From a bacterium (GTDB lineage Bacteria > Bdellovibrionota_C > UBA2361 > SZUA-149 > JAEUWB01): a stretch of DNA of 64,000 bases. Under the pieces are notes generated by a model. The model searched no databases, was not told where the DNA came from, and saw nothing but the letters and a program-made list of their open reading frames with translations. The stretch lies in contig JAEUWB010000006.1 of assembly GCA_016786595.1 (NCBI GenBank), positions 50,648 through 114,647 on the forward strand. The letters are read 5' to 3'. Of this stretch, positions 59,655 to 64,000 are shown one piece after another. The position numbers were made by a program, and so were the translations under genes. Within the stretch, counting starts at the first letter, position 1; each line of letters starts with the position of its first letter.

Positions 59655-59738
59655 AAAGTGACCTTAAAATAAAATTCTTCAATAAACTCAGGATCTAACC
59701 GAGTTAGAAATCAGCCTGAGGGAGGGTAAGCGTATAGC

Positions 59739-60104
59739 TTAAGCGGCGGTTAGGTGCAATAAGCTGGAGATTTTTTCAGTAACTTGCTGTTCTGAAAGGC
59801 TTTTTCGGGAATTAGTATCGAGCAATTTAGCGCTTTGGTCAGCAATTTCTGCATATCCCTCAGAAATTAGCTTTTGCGCTAAAGCTAATGCTTCACTACG
59901 CACCTCGCGCAGTGCCCGTTGTAGGGCTAAATTATTTCCAGGATTTTCGCCCGCTTCGCTCAGTGCCAATAACGCCACGTGAGCAGATTTCCAATTAATA
60001 AAACTAAAAATCAAACTTTGTCTGGCCTGTTTTGCCTTGAGACTTGATTCGCAAAACGCAGCAAATTCATTTAATGCATTAATTTCAGTTTGTAGTTCTG
60101 ACAT
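59739..60104 (-). CDS. Hypothetical protein (121 aa)
   Basis: ORF downstream of the anti-sigma gene. Confidence 0.45.
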   Translation of the reverse strand: MSELQTEINALNEFAAFCESSLKAKQARQSLIFSFINWKSAHVALLALSEAGENPGNNLALQRALREVRSEALALAQKLISEGYAEIADQSAKLLDTNSRKSLSEQQVTEKISSLLHLTAA

Positions 60105-60117
60105 GCAAAGCTCTTAA

Positions 60118-60690
60118 CTATTTATTCTTGCTCTTACTATTATTACGTGCCGAGACAAACCGCAACGCTTCTTCGGGTCGGCTTTGGTCAATTTCTATTC
60201 CACCGACTCTGAGCATTTGAGAGTTCCCCTGAAAATTGCGCATCATTTCGGTTTTCACTGAACGTTCCAAAAATTCTCGATACTGGCGAATTTCCTGTTT
60301 GTCGCGTTCAACAGTATTACCAACCAGCACAAGACCAGAGTTAGCTGAAATGGTTTGCTGCACAGGCGACTGCTGACTGGATTGCTGATTAGTGGCAACT
60401 TGCAATTGCGCTGAACCAGTTCCGCTCACGCTAAAACGCCCTAAGGCAAAGGCAAAAAGTGCTACCGAGCCCAGCGCAAGACCAGCACGTAAGGGGGAAA
60501 AATTCTGCGCTGTAGCAGCACCAGAAAATAGCCCGGCAAACCACAGGCGTAAATTTGCGATGCGGCGTCTTTTGGCGGCAATAGTTTCGACTTCGGCTTG
60601 AATCGAACTCCAGACAGAAGGCAAGCCTTCGATACCAGCGCTAAGATGGCTGCGGAGTTGCTGTTTTGCTTGAGGTGATAATTCGTCCAT
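60118..60690 (-). CDS. Putative anti-sigma factor (single central TM helix)
   Basis: Immediately downstream of the ECF sigma gene; N-terminal cytoplasmic segment, then a TM, then a periplasmic domain. Confidence 0.5.
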   Translation of the reverse strand: MDELSPQAKQQLRSHLSAGIEGLPSVWSSIQAEVETIAAKRRRIANLRLWFAGLFSGAATAQNFSPLRAGLALGSVALFAFALGRFSVSGTGSAQLQVATNQQSSQQSPVQQTISANSGLVLVGNTVERDKQEIRQYREFLERSVKTEMMRNFQGNSQMLRVGGIEIDQSRPEEALRFVSARNNSKSKNK

Positions 60691-60713
60691 AACAATCTAC
60701 TTTCGCTTAATAG

Positions 60714-61463
60714 TTAATCTTCACTTTCCTCTTCAGCAGTTTGACCTTCAGGTCTAAATTCGCCGAGCGCGGCTTGGAGTTTTTTGCGGGCATGATGCAA
60801 ACGACTCATTACCGTACCCTTATTTACTTTAGTGACTTCACTAATCTCTTCATAGGAAAGCCCTTCGAGCTCCCGCAATACAATCACTGCTCTATGTTCT
60901 GGACTCAACTCAGCCAGAGCAAGTTCAAAAGACTTTCTAAATTCGCCACTCTGCGCCTTGTGCTCAGTCAAGGCAGTTCCTGACTGCAATTGTGGGGCCT
61001 CAGAGAATTCGCGCTCCTCACCAACCAGTGTTTCGACGTGTCGAAAGCGCTTTCTCTTCTCATCAATGGCAACATTATATGTAACGCGGTAAATCCATGT
61101 ATAAAAACTGGATTGCCCTTTAAATGAGCTAAGATTGCGAAATGCCTTGAGAAATGCCTCTTGAACAATGTCACGAGCGTCTTCGCGGTTGCGCATAATT
61201 CCAAAGGCTAAGCTTAAAAGTTTTGCCTCATAGCGCTCAACTAGCCTTTGATAAGCATCGACTTCGCCCAAAAGTGCGCGTTCAACAAGCCGCTCAGAAA
61301 CACGGTCATCGATTCCAGCCCCAGATTCGTTTGCCGATTCCTTAGCGGACGACTTTAGGGATTGGCGCGCAGTGTGCGCCTTAGCGTCGAGTGGTTCAGA
61401 TTTTGTGCTTAAAGCCATAGGATTTGCTACCACTCCTGAAATGCCAGCTGAAGTTATCTTCAT
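60714..61463 (-). CDS. ECF-type RNA polymerase sigma-70 family factor with a ~60-aa N-terminal extension
   Basis: Region 2 (IVQEAFLKAFRN...FYTWIYRVTYN) and region 4 (LSYEEISEVTKVNKGTVMSRLHHARKKL) motifs. Confidence 0.85.
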   Translation of the reverse strand: MKITSAGISGVVANPMALSTKSEPLDAKAHTARQSLKSSAKESANESGAGIDDRVSERLVERALLGEVDAYQRLVERYEAKLLSLAFGIMRNREDARDIVQEAFLKAFRNLSSFKGQSSFYTWIYRVTYNVAIDEKRKRFRHVETLVGEEREFSEAPQLQSGTALTEHKAQSGEFRKSFELALAELSPEHRAVIVLRELEGLSYEEISEVTKVNKGTVMSRLHHARKKLQAALGEFRPEGQTAEEESED

Positions 61464-64000
61464 AGCTCGCCCCAGTGCATGCCAATTTCTGCATCAACTC
61501 TAAGTGGCACTGTTAGTTCTACAGCATTTTCCATAGTTGTTTCAACTAATGTTTTGATCTCTGGTGCAAGATCTTCTCGGGCCTCAACGAGAATTTCGTC
61601 ATGAACTTGAAGCACGATTCTGGCCTTGTCAGCATAAGGTCCAAGCTTCGTATGCAGGTCAATCATTGCGCGCTTCATAATTTCTGCCGCGCTGCCTTGA
61701 ATTGCAGTATTAATCAGGGCGCGCTCTGCATAACCAGGGTCTCTTCCCTGACCTTCGACATCCTTAAGATAACGTCTGCGTCCAAACATTGTCTCGACGT
61801 AACCGGTTTGATTGAGTCCGACTGATAAGGCATCAAAATACTTACGCACGTTGGGATAACGTCCAAAATATCCCTCAATGTAAGACTCCGCTTCTGCGCG
61901 AGAGATTTTCAAATCGCGTGCTAAACGCGGCGCGCCAATTCCGTAGACAATTCCAAAGTTAATCGTCTTTGCCAGGCGGCGGTAGTGGTCGCGCTCCCCA
62001 CCCTGCATGGCAATGGGTCCAAAGATGTCCTCGGCCGTGCGTGTATGAATATCTGCTCCGGCCTGGAAAGCCTTAATCAAATTTTTATCTTCGGCAAGAT
62101 GCGCCAACACGCGAAGCTCAATCTGTGAATAGTCTGCACCAATTAATTTATACCCCTGCTCAGGAATAAAAGCTTGGCGGATGCGTCGTCCCTGTTCGCT
62201 GCGAATCGGAATATTCTGTAGATTAGGGTCACTCGAACTTAAGCGACCTGTGGCCGTAACTGTTTGATTAAAACTCGTATGCACTCGCCCGGTGCGGGTA
62301 TTGATCAACTGCGGCAGAGCATCAATATAAGTTGAGACGAGCTTAAAAAGGGTGCGGTACTGTAAAATTTCCTGAACGATCGGGTAATCTGCGGCAAGTT
62401 TTTCCAAAACTCCGGCATCAGTTGAAAAGCCACTTTGCGTTTTTTTAACACCTTTGGTGGGAATCGCTAAACGCGTGAAGAGCACTTCACTTAACTGCTT
62501 CGGCGAGTTTAAGTTAAACTGCTCCCCGCCTGCTAATTCATAAATACGTGCCTCGAGCAGTGTCAGTTCTTGGGAGAATTCAGCCTTAAGACCGGCTAAA
62601 ACATCGGAGCTAATTTTAATACCTGCAAACTCAATTGCTGCCAGTACAGGCACAAGGGGCATTTCGATTTTCTCAAAAAGTTTTTTGGCGTGTGCGTTTT
62701 GATCTAAAAGTTTAGCGAATTCAACTGTGAGGCGATGCGTTTTCTCGGCATCGTCACAGGCGTAATCTTTAACCTTCTCGACAGGAATTGCTTCGAGCGA
62801 ATCGGCTTCCCCGACTAACTCTTCGTAGGTTGTCATCTGCTCGCGTAAAATTTCACGAGCTAAGGACTTAAGTCCATGCTGACGCCCTTCACAGCGCAGT
62901 GCATAAGATGCGAGCAGTGAATCAAAAAATTCCCCGGAAACAACAATTCCTTGTGCAGCTAAGATTTGTAAATCAAATTTAAGATTATGGCCTGACTTTC
63001 TAATGTTTTTGTTGGCAAAAATCGGCGCGAAAGATTGTTTAAATTCTTCGAGATTAATTCCAGCTGAGCCGAGATCGGATCCGAGCGCAACATAAAAAGC
63101 CGCACCAGGCTGCCAAGCAAAAGATACTCCCAGTAATTTACAGCTATGTGGGTCGAGGCTTGATGTTTCAGTGTCAAAGGCAAATTCTTTGACTTGTGCC
63201 AGTGTTTCAACAAAACCCTGCAAATTTTCGCGTGTAATTAAGCGATAGTCACGCGCCACATGTTCCGTGGCTTTATTCCCAGAGCTCAGTTGAGCATGGC
63301 CTAAAACTTTTTCGACTAAGCGGTCGCTAAATTCCAAATCAGCAAAAAGGCTGGCACAAGCTTCAGTATTTGGCCCGGGCCAAAGAAATTCGTCGAGATT
63401 TGTGGTGGTCGCAAACGGCATCACGTCTGATTTGAGAAGAATTAAGCTCTGGCTTAGACGGATTTTATCTTGGGAGGATTCAAAGCTTTCGCGGACTTTT
63501 TTTGCACCGCGTAGCCCCGGAATTTCCTCAATCTTTTGCGGATCTTTCAGTGCAGTTTCAATGGAGTTTAGTGCGTTTAGCAATTGCGCTGCAGTTTTCT
63601 GTCCAATCCCTTGAACTCCTGGAACGTTGTCGGAGCTGTCGCCCAATAAGGTTAGATAATCAACGATTTGATCAGGTCGCACGCCAAATTTCTCGTTCAC
63701 TACTTTTGGCGTAAAATGTACTTCGCGCATTGCGTCATAAACTTCGATGCGTTCAGTTACGAGTTGGGTGAGATCTTTATCGCCACTGACGATCACAATC
63801 TTTTCAGCAGCTTCCCCGCAGGGGGCTTTGACGATTGTCGCGATAATATCGTCAGCTTCAACTCCAGGAAGTTTTAAGGCTTGAATGCCTAGGGCTGTTA
63901 CGATTTTTTCAAAGTAGGGCATCTGGGCGATCAGTTCCGGTGGGCGTTCGGTGCGATTGGCTTTGTAGTCGCTATACATTTCGTGGCGAAATGTTTTGTG
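61460..64000 (-). CDS. polA: DNA polymerase I, partial: the N-terminal part of the 5'-3' exonuclease domain lies beyond the window end
   Basis: 5'-nuclease (YKANR...), 3'-5' exonuclease and polymerase motifs (RRLAKTINFGIVYG motif B, VHDEI motif C). The reading frame remains open to position 64000. Confidence 0.95.
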   Translation of the reverse strand, partial: HKTFRHEMYSDYKANRTERPPELIAQMPYFEKIVTALGIQALKLPGVEADDIIATIVKAPCGEAAEKIVIVSGDKDLTQLVTERIEVYDAMREVHFTPKVVNEKFGVRPDQIVDYLTLLGDSSDNVPGVQGIGQKTAAQLLNALNSIETALKDPQKIEEIPGLRGAKKVRESFESSQDKIRLSQSLILLKSDVMPFATTTNLDEFLWPGPNTEACASLFADLEFSDRLVEKVLGHAQLSSGNKATEHVARDYRLITRENLQGFVETLAQVKEFAFDTETSSLDPHSCKLLGVSFAWQPGAAFYVALGSDLGSAGINLEEFKQSFAPIFANKNIRKSGHNLKFDLQILAAQGIVVSGEFFDSLLASYALRCEGRQHGLKSLAREILREQMTTYEELVGEADSLEAIPVEKVKDYACDDAEKTHRLTVEFAKLLDQNAHAKKLFEKIEMPLVPVLAAIEFAGIKISSDVLAGLKAEFSQELTLLEARIYELAGGEQFNLNSPKQLSEVLFTRLAIPTKGVKKTQSGFSTDAGVLEKLAADYPIVQEILQYRTLFKLVSTYIDALPQLINTRTGRVHTSFNQTVTATGRLSSSDPNLQNIPIRSEQGRRIRQAFIPEQGYKLIGADYSQIELRVLAHLAEDKNLIKAFQAGADIHTRTAEDIFGPIAMQGGERDHYRRLAKTINFGIVYGIGAPRLARDLKISRAEAESYIEGYFGRYPNVRKYFDALSVGLNQTGYVETMFGRRRYLKDVEGQGRDPGYAERALINTAIQGSAAEIMKRAMIDLHTKLGPYADKARIVLQVHDEILVEAREDLAPEIKTLVETTMENAVELTVPLRVDAEIGMHWGEL

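Noticed and set aside
61463-64000. Complete polA gene
   Set aside because: The reading frame continues past position 64000 (…HKTFRHEMYSDYKANR), so the gene is truncated by the window and the listed Met at 63979 is internal.

Overview
This 64-kb window is almost entirely bacterial chromosomal core. The gene content points to a Gram-negative (diderm) organism with roughly 45% GC: an RND heavy-metal efflux pump, a type-II citrate synthase, LDH-type malate dehydrogenase, succinyl-CoA synthetase, the oxidative pentose-phosphate trio, rplM-rpsI, polA and an ECF sigma factor with its anti-sigma. A bdellovibrio-like or other deltaproteobacteria-like lineage is a weak guess only, based on two secreted proteases and a Thg1-like protein. 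I found no rRNA, tRNA, CRISPR array, transposase or integrase. What makes the window unusual is its non-coding content, in five groups. (1) A 16-nt palindromic arm pair ('gcttaggcttgaactt' / 'aagttcaagcctaagc') occurs at least seven times, always in intergenic spacers; these look like REP-type elements. (2) A small inverted-repeat (MITE-like) family has three copies, one with 17-bp terminal inverted repeats. (3) A second repeat of about 240 bp, built from two hairpins, occurs twice, 42 kb apart. (4) A 117-bp unit is duplicated in tandem immediately 3' of rpsI. (5) Most striking, the 2.7 kb from 56103 to 58791 holds a single 747-bp gene for a Thg1-like 3'-5' nucleotidyltransferase. Beside it lies a 1.37-kb highly structured region with no ORF of 60 aa or more in any frame, carrying a strong plus-strand intrinsic terminator and a plausible upstream promoter, and on the far side an unusual DHH-HD fusion phosphoesterase whose Shine-Dalgarno sits inside an 11-bp stem. 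I propose this as a candidate novel structured-ncRNA / RNA-end-repair locus, which is inference only. Other points are a DUF4160/DUF2442 gene pair between two MITE copies, a LemA-TPM-TPM operon interrupted by a MITE, a second SD-sequestering hairpin ahead of a small membrane ORF at the metal-efflux cluster, and a polA / ECF sigma ATGA overlap. All functional calls rest on motifs I recognise by eye; no database search was possible.
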